NCBI GenBank assembly: GCA_963695435.1
Contig: OY968788.1
Span: 1 to 52,780, forward strand
Length of the DNA stretch: 52,780 nucleotides
Reading direction: 5' to 3'
From: an uncultured bacterium
Lineage (GTDB): Bacteria; Patescibacteriota; Kazan-3B-28
In this document: one piece after another, positions 8,967 through 18,435 of the stretch
Layout of the letters: each line of letters opens with the position of its first letter
Position numbering within the stretch: position 1 is the first letter of the stretch
Made by a program: the position numbers and the translations under genes
The notes under the pieces: model-generated
The model's database searches: none
Seen by the model: the letters and a program-made list of their open reading frames with translations, nothing else
Told to the model about the DNA's origin: nothing

Positions 8967-10742
8967 TTAGACTTCGATAACGACAGGGAGGACGAGGGGA
9001 CGGCGTTCTGTTTCGCGGAATAAGAACTCTCCAATATTTTCGCGAAGCTTCAGTTTGATATTATTCCAACCGTCAGAGGTTTTGGCGGGGTGTTGAGCAA
9101 AAATCTTTTTGACCTGCTGGCGAGTCTTATCAATGAGATCGCCTTTTTCACGCATATAGACGAACCCTCTAGAAATAATGTCGGGGCTGCCGATGAGTTT
9201 TCCTTTTTTATCAACCACAGTGATTAGAACAATCATCCCTTCGGTCGCCATTGCTTGGCGGTCTCTTAGAACTACTTCTTTCACATCACCAACACCCAGG
9301 CCATCAACCATAATCCCGCCTACGGGAACTTTTTTACCCTTATTCATTTTCCCGTTTTTGAATTCCAGCGTGTCACCGTCTTCAATAACTAAAATATTGG
9401 AGGTTGGGATGCCCATAGAAAGTGCCAACTCCCTGTGAGCAATCAACATATGATATTCACCGTGCACAGGAGTGAACCAGCGGGGGCGAGTGAGACGAAT
9501 CATCTCTTTCATTTCCTCTTGGTAGCAGTGACCCGTGACATGGATCTGCATTTTTTTGTCGAAGATAACATTAGCCCCTTCGCGATAGAGATTGTTGATG
9601 ACGGCGGTAATAGAACGCTCATTGCCAGGGATAGCAGAGGAAGATAAAACAACCGTATCGCCCGGTTTGATTTTGACTTGCTTGTGCTCACCAAATGCCA
9701 TCCGCTGAAGCGCGGAACCTTCTTGCCCCTGACTGCCGGTGCTCAAAATTACCAACTGACTATCGGGTATTTTTTTGATTGCATGGAGTGGCACTAATAA
9801 ATCTTTCGGGGTTTTGATGTAACCCAAGTCTGATGCCACTTTGAAATATTTGATCATGCTTCGGCCGGCAATCGCTACCTTTCTCTTATACTTGATGGCG
9901 GCGGCTACCACATGTTGCATACGGTCGATGCGGGAGGCAAAGGATGCCACGATTAGGCGCCCTCGGGTTTTGGCAAAAATTTGCATAAAGGCATCAACGA
10001 TAACTTGTTCGGAATCGGTTCGGCCGGGAGTGTGAGCATTAGTGCTTTCGCTCAAAAGCAATAGTAATCGTTCGCGGCCAAGGGCTTCGAGTTTGTGATA
10101 TTCAGCCTTGATGCCATCCGGCGGAGTGGGGTCAAATTTGAAGTCGCCCGTGTACATAATCTTTCCGTCCGGAGTATCAACGACAATACAGAATGTGTCG
10201 GGGATACTGTGATTGACCCGCACGAACGAGACGGTAAAAATGCCTGCGCGGATTTTGTCATCTGCACCGTAAGTAATAACACGAACATTCCCCGCATTGC
10301 CGGCTTCTTCCAAATTTACTTTGATGAGGGCGGCTGCCAAGCGGGGAGCGTAGACAGGCACACCGAGTTTTGGAGCAAGATGTTGGATAGCTCCGATGTG
10401 GTCTTCATGCCCGTGGGTAATAAAAATACCGCGAAGCTTTTTGATATTCTTTTCCAAATAGGTAGGATCGGGAATTACATAATCGATGCCGAGCATAGTT
10501 TCGTCGGGCATCATCATCCCGCAATCCAGTACGACAATATCGTTGCCGTATTCAATAGCGATCATATTTTTGCCCATATCACCAACTCCACCCAAAGGAA
10601 TTATCCGAAGCATTTTGCTAGGCTTGCCGGCAACTTCTTTTTGAAGAGGCTGGCTAGGGCGGGGCTTGGAGCGATTTGGTCGGTACCCGCGAGATGGGCG
10701 AGAGGTCTTGTTATTAGGCGTTGGGTGAAATGTCTTTCTCAT
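8967..10742 (-). CDS. rnj: Ribonuclease J (metallo-beta-lactamase / beta-CASP)
   Basis: The protein has the HGHEDHIG motif, the RNase J-like start LRIIPLGGVGDMGKNM, and a basic N-terminal extension. Its start overlaps the udg stop as ATGA. Confidence 0.9.
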   Translation of the reverse strand: MRKTFHPTPNNKTSRPSRGYRPNRSKPRPSQPLQKEVAGKPSKMLRIIPLGGVGDMGKNMIAIEYGNDIVVLDCGMMMPDETMLGIDYVIPDPTYLEKNIKKLRGIFITHGHEDHIGAIQHLAPKLGVPVYAPRLAAALIKVNLEEAGNAGNVRVITYGADDKIRAGIFTVSFVRVNHSIPDTFCIVVDTPDGKIMYTGDFKFDPTPPDGIKAEYHKLEALGRERLLLLLSESTNAHTPGRTDSEQVIVDAFMQIFAKTRGRLIVASFASRIDRMQHVVAAAIKYKRKVAIAGRSMIKYFKVASDLGYIKTPKDLLVPLHAIKKIPDSQLVILSTGSQGQEGSALQRMAFGEHKQVKIKPGDTVVLSSSAIPGNERSITAVINNLYREGANVIFDKKMQIHVTGHCYQEEMKEMIRLTRPRWFTPVHGEYHMLIAHRELALSMGIPTSNILVIEDGDTLEFKNGKMNKGKKVPVGGIMVDGLGVGDVKEVVLRDRQAMATEGMIVLITVVDKKGKLIGSPDIISRGFVYMREKGDLIDKTRQQVKKIFAQHPAKTSDGWNNIKLKLRENIGEFLFRETERRPLVLPVVIEV

Positions 10743-11362
10743 AGTTGTTCATTAAAAATAGTTGATTGTGTAACCGGATCCAAAGCGGAGGATTTATCCG
10801 GGAGTTTTTCGATCTTGTCTAAAATAAGGGGGATTTTTTGGATGTCTGAAATAAAGACTGTCCGAAGTTTCGGATCATACAACGCGGCGGCGGGGTGGTA
10901 CACGGGGAAGAAAACTCGGTCGCCTTGACGCTTGGCAGTACCCCGAACTTGGGAAATTTGCAGCCCCGGCAAAAACCAGTGCAGAGCATGACGGCCGAGC
11001 AAAACAATCAGTTTGGGCTGAATCAGTTTCAATTCGCGTTCCAAAAATGGTTTGTGTTCTTCCACCTCTTCGGGGAGGGGGTCACGATTGTCCGGCGGAC
11101 GACATTTCACCACATTGGTAATATAGACATCCTCGCGGGTCAACCCAATCTGCGCCAACCCTTCGGCAAGAAGCTTGCCGGCAGCTCCAACAAACGGCTG
11201 ACCAAGTTCGTCTTCTTTTCGCCCCGGACCTTCACCGATAAAAACTACCGGGCTTTCAATATTGCCTTCGCCCGGTACTGCTTGAATACATCCATCGCGA
11301 AGTGAGCAATGGTGCCGTTTGATGTCATCAACTATTTTTTGATACTCCGCTAGTTTATCCAT
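10739..11362 (-). CDS. udg: Uracil-DNA glycosylase, family 4
   Basis: The motifs GEGPGRKEDELGQPFVGAAGKLL and N-terminal Cys residues are typical of family-4 UDG, and HPAA occurs near the C-terminus. Confidence 0.85.
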   Translation of the reverse strand: MDKLAEYQKIVDDIKRHHCSLRDGCIQAVPGEGNIESPVVFIGEGPGRKEDELGQPFVGAAGKLLAEGLAQIGLTREDVYITNVVKCRPPDNRDPLPEEVEEHKPFLERELKLIQPKLIVLLGRHALHWFLPGLQISQVRGTAKRQGDRVFFPVYHPAAALYDPKLRTVFISDIQKIPLILDKIEKLPDKSSALDPVTQSTIFNEQL

Positions 11363-11609
11363 TGCTAATGAGCCACCAAATAATTAGCCCGACTACTATT
11401 ATTATACTCATTAGCCACCAACCTCCCGCTCGGCGGGGGGCAGGAGTCTCGGCGACTGCTCGTTCCCGTTCGATTTGGGGCGGCAAGAAAATTTTGCTTC
11501 GGCGCTCTTCCTGCAATTTAGAATGTTTGAGCCAAGTAGCACATTTGGAACAAAAAGTCGCACCAGCTGGATTGGGCTCGCCGCAATTATGACAGCGTAT
11601 GGTATTCAT
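11355..11609 (-). CDS. Small zinc-ribbon protein with a C-terminal transmembrane helix
   Basis: CHNCGEPNPAGATFCSKC forms a CxxC...CxxC ribbon. The hydrophobic tail is GGWWLMSIIIVVGLIIWWLI. There is an 8-nt overlap with the udg start. Confidence 0.6.
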   Translation of the reverse strand: MNTIRCHNCGEPNPAGATFCSKCATWLKHSKLQEERRSKIFLPPQIERERAVAETPAPRRAGGWWLMSIIIVVGLIIWWLISNG

Positions 11610-11614
11610 GAGAG

Positions 11615-13765
11615 TTAGCGGCGAGGGCGCCGATCGTCACGACGAGGAGGACGAGGTGGGCGAGGGTCGATTCGGCCACCATTTAGTACGGCTTTGTGAG
11701 AAAGATTGATGCGACCGAGATTGTCGATTTCGGTTACAATCACTTCCAAGGGGTCGCCGACTTTTACTACATCCTCAACTTGATTGACTCGTTCGTTGCT
11801 AAGTTCGGAAATGTGAACCAGCCCTTCTTTGCCAGGGAGTACTTCCACAAAAGCGCCGAAGTCCATCAGGCGGGTTACTTTACCTGTGAACTTTTCTCCC
11901 ACCTCAACTTCGCGCATCATATTGCGGACAGTATCAGCGGCTTGTTCGCCCATTTTGGCATCAGTCGAGGTAATGTAAACCATCCCGTCTTCTTCAATAC
12001 TAATGTTGGTAACTTGTTTGCCGCCGGCTTTATCAATAATGTCGTTGATGACGCGACCGCCGGGCCCGATAACTTCACCAATTCTGTCTTGGGGAATTTT
12101 GACTGTTAGCACTCGTGGAGCATATTGCGATAATTCTTTGCGAGGCTCGGCAATAATTTCCGCCATTTTATCCAACAAGAATAGTCTGCCGATTTTGGCT
12201 TGAGCCAATGCGTCTTTCATAATTGCGACTGTGATGCCGGCAACTTTAATATCCATCTGCAAAGCCGTAACACCATCGCGACTACCAGCCACTTTGAAGT
12301 CCATATCGCCGTTGAAATCTTCAATGCCCGCGATATCGGTAAGAATCTTGTAGTTGGCTCCGTCTGTAATAAGCCCCATCGCAACACCAGCAATTGGTTT
12401 GGTAATTGGCACACCCGCATCCATCAACGAAAGTGTACTGCCACAAACAGAGGCCATTGAGCTACTGCCATTGCTTGCTAAAATTTCTGATACCACGCGA
12501 ATGGTGTACGGGAAGTCTTCGCGAGCGGGGATTACTGGCAACAGCGCTCTTTCGGCTAACGCGCCGTGACCAATTTCACGCCGACCAGCTTGGCGAAGAG
12601 GTTTTACTTCACCAGTAGCATAGGGTGGAAAGTTGTAGTGGTGCATGTAGCGCTTAGTGGTTTCGAATTCCATCGTGTCCAACATCTGCTCATCATCTAA
12701 AGAGCCTAGTGTTGTAGTGGTGAGTGCTTGAGTTTCGCCGCGAGTAAACAAAGCGGAGCCGTGTGGGCGAGGGAGCAACCCGACTTCAATCATAAGCGGA
12801 CGAATTTCATCCAGCTTGCGGCCATCGGGGCGACGACCTTCGGTCAAAATATTTCTGCGAACTTCTTCGCTCAATGCTTTGTTGAAAATATCCGACACGA
12901 CTAGCTCGGGGTTTGTTTCGCTGACAAACTCTTCCCAAATGTCTTGGCGAAGTTTGGCTAAGCTAGCGTTGCGAACTGTTTTTTCTGGATGATAAATTGC
13001 TTCCTGTAGCCGAGGTTTAACTTTGCCCACGATTTGTTCTTTGAGCTCAAGAGGGGTTTCGGTGAAGGCGACTTCCATTGGCTGAACTCCGAGAGCTTGT
13101 GCCATTTCAGCCTGCAATTCGAGAGTCGGCTGAAGAGATTTGTGCCCAAACTCAATCGCCTGCAAAATGATGTCTTCCGACACTCCGCTGGCACCGGCTT
13201 CCACCATCATGATGCCGTCTTTAGTACCCGCGATAACAATGTCTAATTCGCTTTTTCCGCGTTGTTCATAGGTGGGGTTGATAACAAATTCGCCGTCAAT
13301 CTGACCGACTCTGATACCCGCAACTGGTCCCTTGAATGGAATACCGGTTTGCATCAAGGCACAGGAAGCGGCAGTGATTCCCAAAATGTCCGGATCATTC
13401 ATTACATCGGCAGATAGTACCGTAACAACCACCTGCACATCATTGTAAAAACCCTTTGGGAAAAGTGGGCGCAGAGGACGATCAATAAGCCGAGCCGAAA
13501 GAACGGCGTCTTCACTTGGACGACCTTCTCGTTTGACAAATCTGCTCCCGGAAATTTTTCCGGCGGCATAAAACTTCTCTTCAAAATCAATGAGAAGCGG
13601 GAAGAAATCAATCCCTTCTCTGGGAGTAGGGGAAACTACCGCGGTAGCTAACACAACGGTATCGCCCAAACGCAAAGTAACCGAACCGCTGGCGAGCTGT
13701 GCCAGCTTGCCGGTTTCGAGAATTAACTTGGATTCCCCAAGTTGGGTAGTAAATTGTTGAGACAT
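11615..13765 (-). CDS. pnp: Polyribonucleotide nucleotidyltransferase (PNPase)
   Basis: The 716-aa protein has two RNase PH domains, a KH domain and an S1 domain (GKVTRLMDFGAFVEV). It lies immediately downstream of rpsO, the conserved arrangement. Confidence 0.95.
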   Translation of the reverse strand: MSQQFTTQLGESKLILETGKLAQLASGSVTLRLGDTVVLATAVVSPTPREGIDFFPLLIDFEEKFYAAGKISGSRFVKREGRPSEDAVLSARLIDRPLRPLFPKGFYNDVQVVVTVLSADVMNDPDILGITAASCALMQTGIPFKGPVAGIRVGQIDGEFVINPTYEQRGKSELDIVIAGTKDGIMMVEAGASGVSEDIILQAIEFGHKSLQPTLELQAEMAQALGVQPMEVAFTETPLELKEQIVGKVKPRLQEAIYHPEKTVRNASLAKLRQDIWEEFVSETNPELVVSDIFNKALSEEVRRNILTEGRRPDGRKLDEIRPLMIEVGLLPRPHGSALFTRGETQALTTTTLGSLDDEQMLDTMEFETTKRYMHHYNFPPYATGEVKPLRQAGRREIGHGALAERALLPVIPAREDFPYTIRVVSEILASNGSSSMASVCGSTLSLMDAGVPITKPIAGVAMGLITDGANYKILTDIAGIEDFNGDMDFKVAGSRDGVTALQMDIKVAGITVAIMKDALAQAKIGRLFLLDKMAEIIAEPRKELSQYAPRVLTVKIPQDRIGEVIGPGGRVINDIIDKAGGKQVTNISIEEDGMVYITSTDAKMGEQAADTVRNMMREVEVGEKFTGKVTRLMDFGAFVEVLPGKEGLVHISELSNERVNQVEDVVKVGDPLEVIVTEIDNLGRINLSHKAVLNGGRIDPRPPRPPRRDDRRPRR

Positions 13766-13815
13766 TTTGACCTTTCTGTTGGAATCAGGAGTAAGCCGTG
13801 AGAGACAAGAGCTTG

Positions 13816-13863
13816 GTCAGGAGCGAATGTACATTTGGAACTAAATCTAGATTCACTTCTGAC
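13816..13863 (-). promoter_or_regulatory. Imperfect 13-bp hairpin in the rpsO-pnp spacer (candidate rpsO attenuator/terminator or pnp-leader processing stem)
   Basis: gtcaggagcgaat (13816-13828) pairs with attcacttctgac (13851-13863), with one mismatch and one wobble. Confidence 0.35.
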
Positions 13864-13885
13864 GACCTCTTGGCTGCTCAACGCT

Positions 13886-14155
13886 TTAGTCCCTTATTTT
13901 CAACTTTTTAATTAGACTACTATATGCTGTTGGATTGGTTTTTTGTAAGTAGCTGATCAGCCGACGACGATTGCCAACCATTTTGAATAGTCCCTGCCGA
14001 GAATGAAAATCCTTGGCGTGGGTTTTGAGATGAGCGGTCAGGTCGTTGATTTTGGTAGTCAATAAAGCTACCTGCACTTCCACCGAGCCGGTATCTCGAT
14101 CGTGACGACGATTGTCGCTGATGATCTTAGTTTTCTTTTCTGATTTACTTGCCAT
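13886..14155 (-). CDS. rpsO: 30S ribosomal protein S15
   Basis: The 89-aa protein contains GSVEVQVALLTTKINDLTAHLKTHAKDFHSRQGL. Confidence 0.95.
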   Translation of the reverse strand: MASKSEKKTKIISDNRRHDRDTGSVEVQVALLTTKINDLTAHLKTHAKDFHSRQGLFKMVGNRRRLISYLQKTNPTAYSSLIKKLKIRD

Positions 14156-14209
14156 CGATATAAGTATGATTCAAAGAGGATTTCATCATATCATCGATGA
14201 TCAAAAAAA

Positions 14210-15451
14210 TCAAGCGCCTAAGGGAGTATTTTGGGCTTCCGGAGCGGGTTCTGTCTGGGTTGGGGCAACTTGCCCCAGGCGGGCAGCCTGATATCCGCGC
14301 ACTTTTTCTAAGATCAAAGGTAGGGCTTCGGTGAGCGACATATCCATCAATTTGAAACCGGCCGCCCCCGGATGACCCCCTCCGCCCAGCCGTTCGGCAA
14401 TTTCCGAAGCATTGATCCCTCTGCTTGTTCTAATGCTACCCGACACTACTCGGGGTTCCCGTTCAGTGATGAGCATTACGATTTCGGCACCGGGGACGCT
14501 GGTCATTAGTTCATCAATCAACCCCGAAAATGCCTCGGGAGTAGTTTCGGTGGCAGACAAATCGGCGTAAGTGGCAGTTGCCCAAACTAACCGATTGATA
14601 GGGTCGAATTGTAGATTGGTCAGAATTTGTCCCCAAAGTTTCAGCGTGCTAAAGGCCTTAGTTTTGAATAAGTGTTTGATGATATCTTGCTGGCGAGCGC
14701 CAAACCCTACCATCTGCGCGGCAACAGTCAGCGATTTGGGGGTGGTGTTGCTGTGCTGGAAAGAACCTGTATCGGAAATAATTCCGGTAAGCAAACATGT
14801 GGCGATATCCGGGTCGATTTCTACCCCCATCGCTTCCAGCAAACCAACCAATACCTCGCCAGTGGAGGTTGCTGTGAGATCAACCAAATTCACCGCGCCG
14901 TAATAGCTGTTGGTGGCGTGATGATCAATGTTGATGACCGGTATTTCTTTGAATAGGGAAGGGTACTGATCGTAAATTAGTCCCAGTTGAGGGAGGTCAG
15001 GCGCATCGGTAGTAATAATCAAATCATATTTGAGACTGCCTTCGGAAAATGTTACATTTTCCGTCAAGTAGCGACCGGCCTTCGGGGTGATAACAATGTT
15101 GAGTACGCCGTTTTCGAAGGCGTAGGAGAGTTTTTCTGGCTCGGCATCTACATTGGCAACGGTGATAACAAAATCTTGAGTACCGGTGATGTCGGGCTTG
15201 ATTGTGTCGATCTCTGGCAAAAACTGAAGTTGTTGGTTGACTGGATCAAGGGTGGCAATGCCAACCTCTTTGCTAAGTTTTTTGAGCGCCATAGACAATG
15301 CCAAAGCGGAGCTGATCGAATCACCGTCCGGACGGCCGGGGGCGATCAGGATTCTTTGCGCCCGAGTAATCAAACTTACTGCTTGTTGTTTAGGGGTTGG
15401 TTCCATAGGAATCTGACAGGTCAGCTTATCGAAAAGACTCTCGTCTGTCAA
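14210..15451 (-). CDS. nrnA: DHH-family phosphoesterase (NrnA-like oligoribonuclease / pAp phosphatase)
   Basis: It has the DHH motif NIDHHATN and the DHHA1 motif GGGGHPGAAGF. Confidence 0.8.
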   Translation of the reverse strand: MTDESLFDKLTCQIPMEPTPKQQAVSLITRAQRILIAPGRPDGDSISSALALSMALKKLSKEVGIATLDPVNQQLQFLPEIDTIKPDITGTQDFVITVANVDAEPEKLSYAFENGVLNIVITPKAGRYLTENVTFSEGSLKYDLIITTDAPDLPQLGLIYDQYPSLFKEIPVINIDHHATNSYYGAVNLVDLTATSTGEVLVGLLEAMGVEIDPDIATCLLTGIISDTGSFQHSNTTPKSLTVAAQMVGFGARQQDIIKHLFKTKAFSTLKLWGQILTNLQFDPINRLVWATATYADLSATETTPEAFSGLIDELMTSVPGAEIVMLITEREPRVVSGSIRTSRGINASEIAERLGGGGHPGAAGFKLMDMSLTEALPLILEKVRGYQAARLGQVAPTQTEPAPEAQNTPLGA

Positions 15452-15529
15452 ACCAGACCGAACCCAAAAAGAAATCTTTACAGGAGACTCAATTCCGCTT
15501 ATCTTGGGTAGGTCAAGTAAAACTCAATT

Positions 15530-15763
15530 ATGCCAGTTATCAAATCAGCTCAAAAACAGGTTCGCAGTTCTGCCCGCCGACGGGTAAGTAATTTGCATCG
15601 TCGGAAAGCGATTAAGGCAGCCTACGGCAAAGTCGTAGAAGCTCCGTCAAAGGAAACTTTGTCGGGAGCTTATAAGGCTTTGGACAAGGCGGCACGGTGC
15701 GGTACGATTCATCACAAAAAAGCCGCCCGGCTGAAGTCGCGGTTAAGCAAAAAAGTTAAATAG
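15530..15763 (+). CDS. rpsT: 30S ribosomal protein S20
   Basis: The 77-aa protein starts MPVIKSAQKQVRSSARRR. Confidence 0.9.
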   Translation: MPVIKSAQKQVRSSARRRVSNLHRRKAIKAAYGKVVEAPSKETLSGAYKALDKAARCGTIHHKKAARLKSRLSKKVK

Positions 15764-15764
15764 T

Positions 15765-16712
15765 TTAGCTTGCGAAGCTAACTAACATTTGATCAAGAGC
15801 GTCTGCGGGGTCCAGCGCTCCGGTTTTGATTTGCCAGTCAGTTGCGATAAGCCGTTGGTAAGCGTTATTCAGTTGATCCGCTGTAAAGAGTCTGATTTGT
15901 TTTAGGGTGTTGGAAACGGCGTAAGGGTGTAGGCCGGTGATTCGAATGAGCTCGCCCGTTGAAAGCCGTTGGGTAGATAGGTTTTTGAGCAAAATCAAAT
16001 TACGAAGCTGAAACGCCAAGACGGGGAGCAACCGGGCAGGGTCTTCGCCCCGATCCATCAAATCACCAAACAACCGATTGACTGCAGCAGAGTTATGGTT
16101 GGCCACCGCATCCATCAGCGCAAAGATATTGTCTTCTAGGTCGGCAGAAATAAGTTCGCGTATGACACCAACCGAAAGGGGAGTTGTCTTGGCATAGCTC
16201 GCCAACTTTGTTAGCTCATTATCCAGCCGCCAGAGATCGCCACCCACGATGACGATTACTTCGCGGAGTAAACCATCATCAATATCAAACTTCTTGGCCT
16301 CGGCTAACTCTTTGGCGTAGCGAAACAGTTCTGTGCCAGCCAAGATCCCAAAGAATTGAGCGGTCTTGGGCTGATTGAGTAGTTTGAAAAGTGATTGGCG
16401 TTTGTCGAAATCAAAATTTTCCTGCAGCACTACGACCAAGTCATCCGGCAAGCCTCCCCGTACAGCTGCCACCAAAGAATCTTTGACCGCCGCTTCGCCC
16501 AAGCCCATCAAGTCAGTTATCACGACCAATCGTTTACCGCCCAGCAGGGTGGCACTCCCAAGTAATCGCAGTAGCCCATCGGCCGAGTTTATTTCGGAAC
16601 CGTTTATATGAATAAAATTGAAAGACGGTTGGCTTGCCAAAAACTTGTCACGAATGCCAAGAAGCTTAGCGCGTGCTCTGAATGTATCGGGACCGTAGAG
16701 AAGATAAATCAT
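15765..16712 (-). CDS. holA: DNA polymerase III delta subunit
   Basis: The 315-aa protein starts MIYLLYGPDTF. It has holA-like length and helical C-terminal domains, and lies next to rpsT as in many bacteria. Confidence 0.7.
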   Translation of the reverse strand: MIYLLYGPDTFRARAKLLGIRDKFLASQPSFNFIHINGSEINSADGLLRLLGSATLLGGKRLVVITDLMGLGEAAVKDSLVAAVRGGLPDDLVVVLQENFDFDKRQSLFKLLNQPKTAQFFGILAGTELFRYAKELAEAKKFDIDDGLLREVIVIVGGDLWRLDNELTKLASYAKTTPLSVGVIRELISADLEDNIFALMDAVANHNSAAVNRLFGDLMDRGEDPARLLPVLAFQLRNLILLKNLSTQRLSTGELIRITGLHPYAVSNTLKQIRLFTADQLNNAYQRLIATDWQIKTGALDPADALDQMLVSFAS

Positions 16713-18151
16713 AGGGTGGTAGGGGGATTAGTTGTGGGAACTTGGTCGCCGATGTTTTCTAGGTTCGTCTCCACTTTAGTAGCATCCTCCGCTCCACGCA
16801 AATACTTCGCCGGCCAGGGGATGTAGTGACTTGAGAAGGCGTCAGTTCTGATAAGCTTGCCCCCCTCGAAAATCTTGCGGTAGAGAACCGCATCTGCGCC
16901 TCGGTGGGCAGTATCTACTTTTTTGGTCTCACCCACGGGGAGGGTTGTGGTATCAATGTAGATTGGTTCGGGGTAGTCGGTAACATTAAAAATGTGCGGT
17001 CCGTCCAACTCAACGGTACGGCCGGTATCGGTTCCGTAAAAATCGAAATATAGTTTGTTGCCATCTATGTAGGTATCAATAAAAATATGCCCTCCGGTGT
17101 CATCGGTAAATTTGAGATCGGGGGCGGGCTGATAAATTGTCGCATCGCTTCCTGCTGGTTCGTAATACACCACGCGATAGGAATGATTGCGCCGCTCAAC
17201 TACCGGCAACCCTGAACGCAGAATCGCTCTGAAGGCGGTGGTGGAAACTTGGCAGAGACCTCCGCCGAATTCCGGAATAGTTTTGTCGCCCTTGATGACT
17301 AGTTCAGGCAAATAGCCCGTGGATTGATCCACTTCGCCCAAATGTTTAAGGAAAGAAAAGGTTTCGCCGGGCTCAACCAACAACCCATCAAACTTGCTTG
17401 CCCCAACACTGATATTATGACGGCGATTTTTCGGGCTCCCGGAGAAGTCGGATTCCCCACGACCAATCAGAGTATTAACCCCAAGCGAATTGGTCCCCGC
17501 TAAGGTAGTGGTAGGAGCTACAACTTTTACCGGCAGAGTAATTTTGCGATTATCCGACAGAATACTCCCAGTGATCAAGCTAATGGTTTGGGCAATATCC
17601 AGCTCTTGCCCATTTTGAGGGGATACGAACTCCATAACTCGATCGTTTGCTACTTTGAGTTTTGCGTCACGACGGGGCTGGTTGATGGCTTCCGCCAACG
17701 GACGAAGTTTTTCGGTCAGGACAGTTTTGTCAAAATTATAAAGACTCTCATCTTGAACCACCAAGGGCTGGCGAATACTAAATAATCCTGCCCAGCTTTC
17801 GGTTACGCGCTGAATCAGCCCACCACGCCGGCTGACCAAAAAGGCGGCATGAGCCAGCCTTTCCGGCTGAACTTTCAAATCAAAACTGGTCGGGTCAATC
17901 TGCCAAACGCCACCGTCGAATTGAAGCTCGATAGGTTTGAGATTTGTTTCGTCAGTTAGGGTGGCCACCAAATCAATTGCCTCGTCTTCGGTTGCCCGAC
18001 CCAAATCGACTCCTGCCAGACTCACGCCAGGGAGTACCAGCCCTCTAAAAATAATTTGGGGGATAAAAAAAGCACCGCTGATTACAACCAGTAAAATAAA
18101 AAATACCGGAACGGTTACCAGTAGATGAAGAGAGGAGAGGGGGCGAAGCAT
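16709..18151 (-). CDS. VanW-domain protein with an N-terminal membrane anchor
   Basis: It has an N-terminal TM segment and the VanW core motif GGGLCQVSTTAFRAILRSGLPVVERRNHSY. There is a 4-nt overlap with the holA start. Confidence 0.8.
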   Translation of the reverse strand: MLRPLSSLHLLVTVPVFFILLVVISGAFFIPQIIFRGLVLPGVSLAGVDLGRATEDEAIDLVATLTDETNLKPIELQFDGGVWQIDPTSFDLKVQPERLAHAAFLVSRRGGLIQRVTESWAGLFSIRQPLVVQDESLYNFDKTVLTEKLRPLAEAINQPRRDAKLKVANDRVMEFVSPQNGQELDIAQTISLITGSILSDNRKITLPVKVVAPTTTLAGTNSLGVNTLIGRGESDFSGSPKNRRHNISVGASKFDGLLVEPGETFSFLKHLGEVDQSTGYLPELVIKGDKTIPEFGGGLCQVSTTAFRAILRSGLPVVERRNHSYRVVYYEPAGSDATIYQPAPDLKFTDDTGGHIFIDTYIDGNKLYFDFYGTDTGRTVELDGPHIFNVTDYPEPIYIDTTTLPVGETKKVDTAHRGADAVLYRKIFEGGKLIRTDAFSSHYIPWPAKYLRGAEDATKVETNLENIGDQVPTTNPPTTL

Positions 18152-18156
18152 AGAAT

Positions 18157-18381
18157 TTATTGATTAACGATTTCTGCTAATAGCTGTTTGGCTAATTCTT
18201 GTTTATGCAGTTGGTGATGCTGCTTGGTCATTACCGCCACGGTTAGCTCTTGTCCGTCGGGGCAGGGCAGGGTCGAGGCAAGTTTTAGGGTTTGGCCATC
18301 AGCAAACCGAAGTTCGTCACCTTGAGAAGTTTTTACCAATGTAGCTGATAAGATGATTTCTTCTGCCCCCATAGTACGCAA
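18157..18381 (-). CDS. Hypothetical small protein (74 aa)
   Basis: The ORF fits tightly, 5 nt upstream of the VanW gene on the same strand. No family was recognised. Confidence 0.4.
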   Translation of the reverse strand: MRTMGAEEIILSATLVKTSQGDELRFADGQTLKLASTLPCPDGQELTVAVMTKQHHQLHKQELAKQLLAEIVNQ

Positions 18382-18435
18382 CCAAATAGAGTGTCTTAGT
18401 TTTATCTAAGACTTGTCATTATAACAACTTCTATT

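Noticed and set aside
10095-10928. The 277-aa plus-strand ORF
   Set aside because: It lies antisense across RNase J and UDG, both of which have clear catalytic motifs. It is a shadow ORF.
13766-13885. tRNA or small RNA genes in the larger spacers (7819-7971, 13766-13885, 25855-26009, 27393-27551, 29900-30063, 50196-50346)
   Set aside because: No cloverleaf-compatible arms or T-loop consensus (GGTTCGAATCC-like) were seen. The spacers are better explained by promoters, DnaA boxes and hairpins. A covariance-model scan would be needed to exclude small ncRNAs.
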